Source: Prorocentrum cordatum (Eukaryota). Taken from it: a stretch of DNA of 64,000 bases. The notes beneath the pieces are model-generated. The model was not told where the DNA came from. It worked only from the letters and a program-made list of their open reading frames with translations, and made no database searches. Where the stretch lies: assembly GCA_963575745.1 (NCBI GenBank), contig CAUYUJ010000267.1, positions 1 through 64,000 of the forward strand, in the 5' to 3' direction. A program made the translations under genes and the position numbers. Shown here piece after piece: positions 12,901 to 24,865 of the stretch. The stretch's first letter is position 1. Each line of letters begins with the position of its first letter.

Positions 12901-14726
12901 CTCGAGTCCTCCTCCTCCTCCTCCTCCTCCACCCCCTGCCTGCTCAGTCCCCGCACTCTCACGCGCACCTCCTCCTCCTCCTCCTCCTCCTCCTCCTCGT
13001 CCTCCTCCTCCTCCTCCTCCTCCTCCCCTTCCCCCTCCTGTTCCTCCTCCTCCTCCTCCACCTCCTCCTCCTTTTCCTCCTCTTCCTCCTCCTCCTCCTC
13101 ATTCCTGCTCGGCCCCCACACTCTCACGCGCACCTCCTCCTCCTCCCCCTCCTCCTCCACCTCCTTCCTGCTGTCCCCGAACTCTCACGCGCACACTCTC
13201 CTCCTCCTCCTCCTCCTCCCTCCTCCTCTCCTCCCTCCTCCTCCTCCTCCTCCCCTTCCTCCCCTCCTCCTCCTCCTCCTCCTCCTCCTCCTCCTCCTCT
13301 CCTCCCCTTCCTCCTCCTCTCCTCCTCCTCCTCCTCCTCCTCGCTCCTCCTCCTCCTCCTCCTCCTCGTCCTCCTCCTCCTTCTCCCTCCTCCTCCTCCT
13401 CCTCCCCTCTCGCCTCTTCCTCCTTCCCCTCCCGTTCGTCCTCCTCCTCCTCATCCGTCCCCTCTCTTTCCTCCCGCCCTATCTTCCTCTCCTCTCTTCT
13501 CTCTCCTCCTCCTCTCCTCCTCCTCCCCCTTCCTGCTGTCGCCCGCACTCTCACGCGCGCTCCTCCTCCTCCTCCTCCTCCTCCTCCTCCTCCTCCTCGC
13601 TCCTCCTCCCGTCCTCATCCTCTCCTCTCCTCCTCCACTCCTCCTCCTGTTCCTCCGCATCCTCCTCCCTCATCCTCTTCCTCCTCCTCCTTCCTGCTCA
13701 GTCCCCGCACTCTCACGCGCACCTACCTCCTCCTCCTCTCCTCCTCCTCCTCCTCCTCCTCTCCTCCTCCTCCTCCCTCCTCCTCCCTCCTCCTCCTTCC
13801 TGCTCCAGCCCCCGCACTCTCACCGCACCTCCTCCCTCCTCCTCCTCCTCCTCCTCCTCCTCCTCCTCCTCCTCCTCCTCCCCTCCTCCTCCCCTTCCTC
13901 CTCCTCACCTCTCCTCTTCGCCTCATCCTCCTTCCCTCCCGTTCGTCCTCTCCTCCTCATCCTACCCCTCCTCTTCCTCCTCCCCCCCCCCGATCCTCCT
14001 CCTCCTCTTCCTCCTCCTCCTCCTCCTCCTCCAGGTCGTCCCCCTCCTCCTTCTCATCCTCCTCTTCCTCCTCGTAATCCCCTTCCTCCTCCTCCTCGTT
14101 GCTTCCTCCTCCTCCTCATCCTCCACCTCCTCCTCCTTCTCCTCATCCTCCTCTTCTCCCCTTCATTCGCAGTAGCGTTCGCAGTGTTACTGGTAGTCTT
14201 ATTATTGTTATTATGATTATTAGTAGTATTATTAGTAGTAGTATCATCGTCAGCATTATTATTATTAATACTATTATTAATAGTAGCATTCGTATTGCTA
14301 GTATTAGCATTCGTATTATTATTATTATTAGTATTGTTATTAGTATTGTTATTATTAGTATTATAAGTATTATTATTATTATTACTATTATTATTATTAT
14401 TTGTAGTAGTCGTAGTAGTATCATGGTTATTACTATTAACATTAATAATAGTAGCAGTCGTATCATTGTGATTAGTCTTGTTCGTGTTACTAGTAGGATT
14501 AAGGTTTATTATGCGTATCATTAATAGTAGTGTTAGGATGATTCTTCGTATTAACAGGAGTACTGATAGTATTATGAGTGTTATGAAAGTTCGTGATGTT
14601 CGTATTCGTAATGGAATTATTCTTAGCCGTGTTAGTACATGGGTATGCTTCAGTGTCTGCTCCTGAGTATGCATGGTTGTCTTATTGTTGTTAGTAGTAG
14701 TCGTATTAGTCCTATTATCCTATGAT

Positions 14727-14767
<41 letters not shown>

Positions 14768-16008
14768 TTCCAATTATTAGTATTATTATTATTACTATTA
14801 TGATTCGTAATGTTGCTGGTGTTGGTATCATTCGTATTATTATGACTCGTAATATTATGATTCATACGTTTATGATGAGTACTATTAGTATGAGTCATCT
14901 TCTGGTTCCTGTTCCTATTATGCTTATTCGTCTGCTTATTGTTAGTGATCCTCCGTCTCCTCCTCCTCCTCCTCCTCCGTAGTTTCTTCTTCTTTCCTCC
15001 TCCTCCTCCTCCTCCTCCTCTTCCCCCTCCTTGCTTATTGTTCGTATTGGCCTCCTCCTCCTCCTCCTTCTCCTCCTCCCCATCCCCCTCCTCCTCCTCC
15101 TCCTCCTGTTCCTCCTGATTATCCTGCTCATCCTGCTCCTCTTGCTCCTCCTGCTCCTCCTGCTCCTCCTGCTCCTCCTCCTGCTCCTCTCCGGCTCCTC
15201 CTCCTGCTCCTCCTCCTCCTCCTCCTCCTCCGCTCTTCCTCCTGCTCCTCCTTCCTGCTCCTGCTCCTCCTGCTCTGCTCCTGCTCCTGCTCCTGCTCCC
15301 TCCTCCTCCTCCTCCTCCTCCTCCTGTTCCTCTCCTCCGCCTCCTCCTCCTCCTCCTCTTCCGCTCCGCCTCCGCCTCCCCCTCCTCCTCCCCTCTCCTC
15401 CTGCTCGTCTATTCATTTCTTTTCATAATTCTCCCCCCTATTCTCCTCCTCCTCCTCCTCCTGCTCCTCCTCCTCTTCCTCCCCCTCCTTCACCTCCTCT
15501 CCTCCTCCTCCTTCTCCCCCTCCTCCTCCTCCTCCTCTCCTCCTACTTTCCTCCTCCCCTCCTCCTCCGCCTCCTCCTCCTCCTCCTGCTCCCCCCGCTC
15601 CTCCTCTCCCCCTGCTCGTCCTCCTCCTCCTCCTCCTCTTCCCTCTCCTCCTCCTCGTCCTCCTGCGTCTCGCCTCCTCTTCCTCCTCCCCTCTCCTCTG
15701 CCTCCTCCGCCTCCTCCGTCTCCTCCTCTTCCTCCTCCTCCTCCTCTTCCTCCCCTTGTCCTTCTCGTCCTCCTCCTCCTCCTCGTTTGCTCCTCAGCCT
15801 CCTCCTCCTCCTCCTCCTCGTCTCCTCCTCGCCTCCCCTCCTCCTCCCTCGCCTCACCCTCCTCCTCCTCCTCCTCCACTTTCTCCTCCTTCCTCCTCCT
15901 CCTCCTCCTCCTCCTCCTCCTCCTCATCATCATCATCATCATACATCATCATCATCATCATCATCCTCCATCCTCCTCCTCCTCCTCCTCCTCCTCCTCC
16001 TCCTCCTC

Positions 16009-16040
<32 letters not shown>
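12900..16040. repeat. Compound microsatellite block: (CCT)n, then AT-rich (TAT/TAG)n at ~14190-14945, then (CCT)n/(CAT)n
   Basis: Direct reading; the motif CCTGCTCAGTCCCCGCACTCTCACGCGCA recurs inside the CCT tracts. Confidence 0.9.
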
Positions 16041-16041
<1 letters not shown>

Positions 16042-16054
16042 GTCCGAGGAGCAC

Positions 16055-16108
16055 CGGGTAGATGCCGCGGTGCCCGCGCATCTTGTGGAACTTGCACGAC
16101 AGGTCTAC
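16055..16108 (-). CDS. SEC61A: Sec61 alpha internal exon (VDLSCKFHKMRGHRGIYP)
   Basis: 54 nt, phase 0, acceptor AG|G and donor CCG|GT. Matches the Sec61-alpha loop VDLxxKxxxxRGxxGxYP that directly follows IYFQGF. Confidence 0.85.
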
Positions 16109-17170
16109 CTCGTGACTGGGAGCGCGGTCGCCCCGCATCCTCCCTCCTGAGGGCGAGGTGGCAAGTGCGGTCGCCCCGAACTCCCTCCCTGGGGGCAAGG
16201 AGGGAGGAATCCAGGATCCAGTCGATCGTTTTGTAAACTCCAGAAGCCCCCGGTGACCTCAATGGACCTCCAGGTCTCCTCTCTGGAGCCCTCGCGCCTG
16301 CTGAAAAGCCTCGTGGGCCTTCGCCGAAACCGCAAAAGCGTCGTCTCAGAAGTCGTCCGAGGGCTTCCGAGAAGCCCCGCCGCCCTCAGAGAGAAGGCCT
16401 GGCCCCTCTCACTCCCTCTGGCTCGCCGCCGAGCTTCGTGCAGGCCCCGGCCGGGGAAAACTCTGGAGAGCCAACTCTCGGGTGGAAGGTTTCTCCGAAG
16501 GGCTTAGGCGACCATTCCTCCTCCTCCTCCTCCTCCTCCTCCTCCTCCTCCTCCTCCTCCTCCTCCTCCATCTCCTCCTCCCCGTTTACGGCCCCGGGGG
16601 AACCCGTGTTCGGGGCACAAAGGTGGGGTTGGGGCAAAGGTGGGTTTGAAGGGAAACTCGCTCCACACGGCCCCTGGAAGAAGGAACCGCGTTGCACGGG
16701 AGCGTCCAGTCGATGCGCAGATGACGGGGGGACATTGCGACGGTGCGGACGCGGCGGGGGGTCCCATCTCCGGCGGCGCGCCGCATTGGGAAAGCAGAGG
16801 GGGCGGGCCTTCCCAGAATGGCTCAGAGGCAAGAGGAAACTAGGACGAGGACCACATGGGGCGAGGATAAAGCGAGGAAACTAGGACGAGGAAACTAGGA
16901 CGAGGAAACTGGGACGAGGATCATATGGGGCGAGGATGCAGCGAATCTCTGAGATCTGGCAGTTCTGGAAGCTGTCTCGGGCGCCGCGGCCTGCTCGGAG
17001 CGTCTCGGAACGCTCCGGGAGGGACTGACCCTCGCCCTGGCCCCGCCCGGAGAGGGCCTCTGGCCTTCCGAAAAGATCCCCAGGCCGTCTCCGACGCCAC
17101 GGGGGGCTCCCCAGGAGGCCGCAGGAGGGCTTCCGAGAAGCGTCGGACCGCCCCCGAAGGCCTGCCCTTA

Positions 17171-17327
17171 GGTCGGGCATGCCCCCCTACAGGCGGACTT
17201 GGTGCGACAATTTTCAAAGCATAGTCAGAAAATGCGCAAGAATAATCAAAGCATAATGAGAAAACCGTCCCCCGACCAATTTTTTACCATTTTCGGATGC
17301 TCCTCCTGTAGAGGGACAGGCCCGACT
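17171..17327. mobile_element. GGTCGGG-family MITE (157 bp)
   Basis: TTA|GGTCGGGCATGCCCCCCTACAGG ... CCTGTAGAGGGACAGGCCCGACT|TAA. Confidence 0.85.
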
Positions 17328-18134
17328 TAACAGAAGCGTCGGACCGCCCTCTGAAGGCCTGCCCCTCGGTGATCTGCTGACCCGGGTCAATCCAGACCCG
17401 GGTCAGCAGGGCCCTGCAAGATGCTGCAGGATCCTGCAAGATCCTGCACCCAAACCCGGGTCAATGCGAAGGATCCTGCAGGATCCTGCAGGATCCTGCA
17501 CCCAAACCTAGGTCAGTGCGCCCCTGGCCCTGCGGGAACCTGCAAGATCGGGCGCTCTGGCTGACCCCCGTCTGCATTGACCCCCGTCTCAAGGCTCCCG
17601 ATGCCCTCCTCTCACCTTCCCCTCCGGGCGGCGCGCCGCCAAGGTGCGGTCCACGGCGCGAAGGGCTCTGCACCTGTCGAGTCCAAACCTTGCCATCGCT
17701 CGGGCGTCCATTGCCGGTGCATGTTTCGATCTCTCGTGTGCTGATGTAGAATGGTGGACGATATGGAGACTCTACGCGCTCCCAAAACACGATAGATTCG
17801 GGCAATGAAAATTGGGGATACATGTACCCAACATTCGAACCGATGTTCCCAAAGCGTATCCAGGACCATGACGAATGACGTGGAATCCATATGTGTTAGA
17901 GGCTTTTTTGGGGTGGAAGGTCTCCTGGGAGCATCTGAAAAATATGTTTGGGGCCTCTGAGGCCTCGAAGACTCCTTTTCAACATTGTTTGGGCGTTTTC
18001 TTACGATCAACCGCAGAGCGGCTGCTACTGGACAGTCAGCGGCGAAAGGGTATACCAAGCGAATTCTGTCAATCGCAAGTCCAACGACTGCAATGACAAA
18101 CAAAAAGGCCTTGTAGCTTGCACGACCACATTTC

Positions 18135-19264
18135 TCAAAAATATGCCACTGCGGTTGAGGCGTTCTTGGGACTGGCACCAAGACCAAGCCCGTCAAGCGA
18201 GAGCAAACTGATTCTGTTCTGGCAATTCAGACTGGGCTCAGCTGCGGCCGTGTGGTCGTCCAATCCCAGAATCCCGCCCACAGGATACCCTGCAAACTTC
18301 AGGTTGCGGACGAAAAGGTTCAGGTAGACGATGCCACTCTTAGTGTGGCCCTGCACCACCTTCAGCTCCACCTGGCCGAATCGCAGCCAACGCCCGGACT
18401 CCTTCTCAGCGACATGGCCGGCGCTGAAGGCGCGGCCCTTTGAGCCGACCCATCTCCCCGTCAGGTTCACCGACTGGAAGTACATGTCAGCGCACGCCAC
18501 GCCCATCTGACGCGCCTCCGCATCGACGCTCAGCAAGGCGGCCCCGCGTTTGGCACCCCGGGGAACCCGCACCAGCGTGTGCCATCCCTCCTTGCGGAGG
18601 TCGAACCGCTGCCCGAACACGTTGGCGAGGTGAGGGTCCCCTTATTTGCCTGCGCGCCTGTTCCTTGTTCACCGCCGCACGCGCCGGCGCGGGGGCGGCC
18701 TCGGAGGACGACGGGCTGGGAGTCGGGCCTGGCCGTCGGTTGGGAGCGGGCTGTTCGTCGTCGGGCACGCTACGCTTCCCGACACCGTCGCTTGGGGTAC
18801 AGATTGGAAAGCCCTCCATCAAGACCATGGTGTGGCCTATCAGGAGAGTGAAGCTTGACGACGTGCTGCAGGCCCCCAGCGTGAATTCGACGACCGCCCA
18901 GTCGTCGTAACCGTCGTAGCCAGGGCAAGTGGAAATCACGCTTGTCGAAAAGCCGTTCGCGCACAGCGAATCCAGGATATGAGACGGATGTGTCTGGTAG
19001 CTCAAATCTGCTTGCCGCGTGATCTGGTTGCCCGAACTCTGTCGCGCCAAGTCATGGTGCCTGCATGCTGGCTCGCTCAGTGAAGATGCCAGTGCTGCAC
19101 GAACGCGAGCTAGCTTGCCTGCGGCGAGTGCAGCGGGGGCGGAACTTTGTGCCGTCTGCACGGCGAACGTTTCGCCCAGCCATTGCAGGCGCCCCCGCCA
19201 GCATACGGTTGCGGTGCGAGTGCCCCCCATGAACACAGCGTGATGAGCAACCCATTGGGGTCAT
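18135..19264 (-). pseudogene. GDPH/VWD-like secreted protein, array copy 1 (frameshifted or error-laden)
   Basis: The C-terminal 161 aa are identical to copy 2; the 5' half has many small indels. Confidence 0.75.
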
Positions 19265-20092
19265 CTTCTCTGAGGTACTGAATACAATGAGGATCCTTGA
19301 TCTCTGCTTAATGGCATAACGCTCTGGCAGCGTGTCCTGAGCCCCCCCCCAAACATCATGCTTCTTGGTCAACCCCGAGGTCGCTCATTGTTTCCCATCC
19401 GTCACCACCTCTCATTCTCTCGCTTTCCTCTCTCTTCTCTCTCTCTGTCTCTGTCTCCGTCTCTCTCCTCTCTCTCTCTCTATCCCACTCTCCCTGCAAC
19501 CCGCCCTCACCCTCTCTTTACGCATGTCGATGCCTCAAACATTGTTTGCTTAGGGTTCTTGCACTTCGATGTGTGAAGTCATTGGATGGGCTTGCCCGGC
19601 TTTGGCCATGCTGCTGCCTGCGCCGCCGCTTGGGCGCCTCGTGGGCGCCCCGTGCGCTGGGTGGGCTTCCCGAGGTTGCGCCGCGCTGCCGTCCGTGCCG
19701 CCTCCTGGGCACTCCGTGCGCTGAGTGGGATGTCCGAAGTTGTGCCACGTTTGCGCCAGTGGCGCCCTACGAGCGCCCCGTAATCTGACCTAACATGACA
19801 CAGTTGTCGCCACATGTTTTACCCCACATAGCCTGCACCGCACAGATTGCACAGCATAGCTTGAATCTCATAGCTGGCATTCAATAGCGCGCACCTCCAA
19901 GTCACACCGCCTAGCTTGCACCACATAGCCTGCACCGCATAGTTTTACCTACACAGCTCACACCACACAAGTTACTCGACGCAGCGTTCGCCGCATAACT
20001 TACACCGCATGGCTTTCACCTCCTTTAAACGACGTGGAAGCCATATGCTTTAGAGGCTTCTTGGGGTGGCAGGCCTCCTGGGAGCATCTAAA

Positions 20093-21312
20093 CATTATCC
20101 TGGCGAAGGACCCAACCATATATTCACTTGTGAGTAACGCATTGACGGTGCCGTTATCGGTGGGACACAACACGCGCAAGGGGCGCGCCGTAATGGGTGT
20201 GGCGGACGCGTGCGGGCACCCCCACTGGGGCCTTCGGAGGAGCCCCGATGGGGCCACGAAGCGCTGTGCTGGGTGTGGCGGACGCATGCGGGCGATGGAG
20301 CTCCCTATGGGGCCACGAAACGCTCTGCTGGGTGTGGCGGACGCATGCGGGCACCCCCACATGCGCGCGTCGGTGGAAGCCTCCCCATGGGGCCCACGAA
20401 ACGCTGTTGCTGGTGTGGGCTGACGCCAATGCTGGCACCCGCCCTGGGCCTTCCGGTGGAGCTCCCTCTGGACCACGAAACGCTTGTGCGGGGTGTGGCG
20501 GACGCCAATGCGGAACCCCCACTGGGGCTTTCGGTGGAGCTCCCTATGGGGACAACGAAGCGCCGTCGAAACGCTGTGCTGGGTGTGGCGGACGCATGCG
20601 GGCACCCCCACTGGGGCCTTCGGTGGAGCTCCCTGTGGGGCCACGAAACGCTGTGCTGGGTGTGGCGGACGCATGCGGGCACCCCCACTGGGGCCTTCGG
20701 TGGAACCCCCTATGGGGCTGCGAAGCGCTGTAGTGGATGTGGCGGACGCATGCGGGCACCCCCACTGGGGCCTTCGGTGGAGCTCCCTGTGGGGCCACGA
20801 AACGCTGTGCTGGGTGTGGCGGACGCATGCGGGCACCCCCGCTGAGGCCTTCGGTGGAGCTCCCTATGGGACCACGAAGCGCTGTGCTGAGTGTGGCGGA
20901 CGCATGCGGGCACCCCCACTGGGGCCCTCGGTGGGGCTCCCTATGGGGTCCCGAAACGCTGTGCTGGGTGTGTCGGACGCATGCGGGCACCCCCACTGGG
21001 GCTTTCGGTGGAGCTCCCCATGGGGCCACGAAACGCTGTGCTGGGTGTGGCAGACGCATGCGGGCACCCCCACTGGGGCCTCCGGTGGAGCTCCCCATGG
21101 GGCCACGAAGCGCTGTGCTGGGTGTGGCGGACGCATGCGGGCACCCCTACTGGGGCCTTCGGTGGAGCTCCCCATGGGTCCACGAAACGCTGTGCTGAGT
21201 GTGGCGGACGCATGCGGGCACCCCCACTGGGGCCTGATGGCGATGATGGCGATGATGATGATGAAGACGGTGATGATGACGTCGATGGTGATGATGATGG
21301 TGACAATGATGG

Positions 21313-21382
<70 letters not shown>

Positions 21383-21438
21383 ATTGATGATGGTATTGAA
21401 GATGCTGATGCTGATGCTGATGCTGATGATGATGATGG

Positions 21439-21506
<68 letters not shown>

Positions 21507-21583
21507 GGGAGGAGGGGCGAGGAGGAGTGCACGCGGGGCGCTGTCTCTTCAAAACGAGGACCCAACACCACAAGATGGCTGGG
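20093..21583 (-). mobile_element. Helentron/DINE-1-like element, copy B, with 77-bp satellite and (GAT)n
   Basis: Ends ATCCTGGCGAAGGACCCAACCAT and CTCTTCAAAACGAGGACCCAACACCACAAGATGGCTGGG. The empty site catctgaaaaatatg is present at ~17932 and ~28715. Period 77 (20581 to 20658). Confidence 0.75.
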
Positions 21584-21778
21584 AAATATGTTTGGGGCCC
21601 CTGGGGCCTCGAAGACTCCTTTTCAACATTGTTTGGGCGTTTTCTTACGATCAACCGCAGAGCGGCTGCTACTGGACAGTCAGCGGCGAAAGGGTATACC
21701 AAGCGAATTCTGTCAATCGCAAGTCCAACGACTGCAATGACAAACAAAAAGCGCTTGCAGCTTGCACGACCGCATTTC

Positions 21779-22903
21779 TCAAAAATATGCCACTGCGGTT
21801 GAGGCGTTCTTGGGACTGGCACCGAGACCAAGCCCGTCAAGCGAGAGCAAACTGATTCTGTTCTGGCAGTTCAGACTGGGCTCAGCTGCGGCCGTGTGGT
21901 CGTCCAATCCCAGAATCCCGCCCACAGGATACCCTGCAAACTTCAGGTTGCGGACGAAAAGGTTCAGGTAGACGATGCCACTCTTAGTGTGGCCCTGCAC
22001 CACCTTCAGCTCAACCTGGCCGAATCGCAGCCAACGCCCGGACTCCTTCTCAGCGACATGGCCGGCGCTGAAGGCGCGGCCCTTTGAGCCGACCCATCTT
22101 CCCGTCAGGTTCACCGACTGGAAGTACATGTCAGCGCACGCCACGCCCATCTGCCGCGCCTCCGCATCGACGCTCAGCAAGGCGGCCCCGCGTTTGGCAC
22201 CCCGGGGAACCCGGACCAGCGTGTGCCATCCCTCCTTGCGGAGGTCGAACCGCTGCCCGAACACGTTGGCGAGGTGAGGGTCCCCTTTTGCCTGCGCCTG
22301 TCCACCGGCCGCACCGGCCGGCGGCGGGGGCGGCCTCGAGGACGACGTGGGGCTGGGAGTCGGGCTGGGCGTCGGGTTGGGAGTCGGGCTGTTCGTCGTC
22401 GGGCACGCCACGCTTCCCGACACCGTCGCTGGGTACAGATTGGAGCAGCCCTCCATCAAGACCATGGTGTGGCCTATTAGGAGAGTGAAGCTTGACGACG
22501 TGCTGCAGGCCCCCAGCGTGAATTCGAAGACCGCCCAGTCGTCGTAACCGTCGTAGCCAGGGCAAGTGGAAATCACGCTTGTCGAAAAGCCGTTCGCGCA
22601 CAGCGAATCCAGATAGGAGATGGATGTGTCTGGTAGCATAAAATCTGCTTGCCGCGTGATCTGGTTGCCCGAACTGTCCGATAAGGTCATGGTGCCTGCG
22701 TGGCTGGGCTCGCTCAGTGAAGAGTGCCAGTGCTGCACGAACGCGAGCAGCTTGCCTGCGGGCGAGATGCAAGCGCGCACTTGTGTCCCATGCCGCCGCG
22801 AAACGTTCGCCCCTCCAATTGCAGGCGCACCCGCCAGCAGACCGGTTGCGGTGCGAATGCCCCCCATGAACACGAGCGTGATGAGCAACCCCTTGAGGGT
22901 CAT
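21779..22903 (-). CDS. Intronless secreted protein, 374 aa: signal peptide, Cys-containing domain, Pro/Thr linker, GDPH-initiated VWD-like domain (copy 2)
   Basis: Open frame MTLKGLLITLVFMGG...PTPNPTPSPTPSPT...KGDPHLANVFGQRFDL...GGILGLDDH...AYF*. High GC3 and conserved across the array copies. Confidence 0.8.
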   Translation of the reverse strand: MTLKGLLITLVFMGGIRTATGLLAGAPAIGGANVSRRHGTQVRACISPAGKLLAFVQHWHSSLSEPSHAGTMTLSDSSGNQITRQADFMLPDTSISYLDSLCANGFSTSVISTCPGYDGYDDWAVFEFTLGACSTSSSFTLLIGHTMVLMEGCSNLYPATVSGSVACPTTNSPTPNPTPSPTPSPTSSSRPPPPPAGAAGGQAQAKGDPHLANVFGQRFDLRKEGWHTLVRVPRGAKRGAALLSVDAEARQMGVACADMYFQSVNLTGRWVGSKGRAFSAGHVAEKESGRWLRFGQVELKVVQGHTKSGIVYLNLFVRNLKFAGYPVGGILGLDDHTAAAEPSLNCQNRISLLSLDGLGLGASPKNASTAVAYF

Positions 22904-22924
22904 CTCTGAAGGTACTGAATACAA

Positions 22925-23024
22925 NNNNNNNNNNNNNNNNNNNNNNNNNNNNNNNNNNNNNNNNNNNNNNNNNNNNNNNNNNNNNNNNNNNNNNNNNNNN
23001 NNNNNNNNNNNNNNNNNNNNNNNN
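22925..23024. other. Assembly gap (100 N)
   Basis: N run; sequence 21874-22924 reappears at 23025-24075. Confidence 1.
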
Positions 23025-24054
23025 GACTGGGCTCAGCTGCGGCCGTGTGGTCGTCCAATCCCAGAATCCCGCCCACAGGATACCCTGCAAACTTCAGGTT
23101 GCGGACGAAAAGGTTCAGGTAGACGATGCCACTCTTAGTGTGGCCCTGCACCACCTTCAGCTCAACCTGGCCGAATCGCAGCCAACGCCCGGACTCCTTC
23201 TCAGCGACATGGCCGGCGCTGAAGGCGCGGCCCTTTGAGCCGACCCATCTTCCCGTCAGGTTCACCGACTGGAAGTACATGTCAGCGCACGCCACGCCCA
23301 TCTGCCGCGCCTCCGCATCGACGCTCAGCAAGGCGGCCCCGCGTTTGGCACCCCGGGGAACCCGGACCAGCGTGTGCCATCCCTCCTTGCGGAGGTCGAA
23401 CCGCTGCCCGAACACGTTGGCGAGGTGAGGGTCCCCTTTTGCCTGCGCCTGTCCACCGGCCGCACCGGCCGGCGGCGGGGGCGGCCTCGAGGACGACGTG
23501 GGGCTGGGAGTCGGGCTGGGCGTCGGGTTGGGAGTCGGGCTGTTCGTCGTCGGGCACGCCACGCTTCCCGACACCGTCGCTGGGTACAGATTGGAGCAGC
23601 CCTCCATCAAGACCATGGTGTGGCCTATTAGGAGAGTGAAGCTTGACGACGTGCTGCAGGCCCCCAGCGTGAATTCGAAGACCGCCCAGTCGTCGTAACC
23701 GTCGTAGCCAGGGCAAGTGGAAATCACGCTTGTCGAAAAGCCGTTCGCGCACAGCGAATCCAGATAGGAGATGGATGTGTCTGGTAGCATAAAATCTGCT
23801 TGCCGCGTGATCTGGTTGCCCGAACTGTCCGATAAGGTCATGGTGCCTGCGTGGCTGGGCTCGCTCAGTGAAGAGTGCCAGTGCTGCACGAACGCGAGCA
23901 GCTTGCCTGCGGGCGAGATGCAAGCGCGCACTTGTGTCCCATGCCGCCGCGAAACGTTCGCCCCTCCAATTGCAGGCGCACCCGCCAGCAGACCGGTTGC
24001 GGTGCGAATGCCCCCCATGAACACGAGCGTGATGAGCAACCCCTTGAGGGTCAT
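23025..24054 (-). CDS. GDPH protein copy 3, probably the same locus as copy 2 duplicated across the gap
   Basis: Shares all inspected diagnostic variants with copy 2; ATG at 24054. Confidence 0.55.
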
Positions 24055-24125
24055 CTCTGAAGGTACTGAATACAAGTGAGGATCCGGATCTCTGCTTAAT
24101 GCATAAGCGCTCTGGCAGCGACGCG

Positions 24126-24147
24126 CTGAGCCAAACATGCTTCGCGG
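24126..24147 (-). other. Degenerate DinoSL relic upstream of the GDPH gene
   Basis: CCGCGAAGCATGTTTGGCTCAG versus SL CCGTAGCCATTTTGGCTCAAG, ~70 nt before the ATG. Repeated at 27957-27978. Confidence 0.5.
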
Positions 24148-24865
24148 TCAGCCCCGAGGTTTCTCATTGTTTCTCCATCCGTCACCACCTCTCATTCTCT
24201 CGCTCCCTCTCTCTCTCTGTCTGTCTCTGTCTCCGTCTCTCTCCCTCTCTCTCTATCCCCCTCTCCCTGCAACCCGCCCTCGCCCTCTCCTTACGCATGT
24301 CGATGCCTCAAACACTGCTTGCTTAGGGTTCTTGCACTTGGATGTGTGAAGTCATTGGATGGGCTTGCCCGGCTTTGGCCATGCTGCTGCCTGCGCCGCC
24401 GCTTGGGCGCCTCGTGGGCGCCCCGTGCGCTGGGTGGGCTTCCCGAGGTTGCGCCGCGCTGCCGTCCGTGCCGCCTCCTGGGCACTCCGTGCGCTGAGTG
24501 GGATGTCCGAAGTTGTGCCACGTTTGCGCCAGTGGCGCCCTACGAGCGCCCCGTAATCTGACCTAACATGACACAGTTGTCGCCACATGTTTTACCCCAC
24601 ATCGCCTGCACCGCACAGATTGCACAGCATAGCTTGAATCTCATAGCTGGCATTCAATAGCGCGCACCTCCAAGTCACACCGCCTAGCTTACACCACATA
24701 GCCTGCACCACATAGTTTTACCTACACAGCTCACACCACATAAGTTACTCGACGCAACGTTCGCCGCATAACTTACACCGCATGGCTTTCACCTCCTTTA
24801 AACGACGTGGAAGCCATATGCTTTAGAGGCTTCTTGGGGTGGCAGGCCTCCTGGGAGCATCTAAA

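Noticed and set aside
21874..24075. GDPH copies 2 and 3 as a genuine recent duplication
   Set aside because: Apparently identical 1051-bp sequences on either side of a 100-N gap are more likely an unmerged contig overlap.
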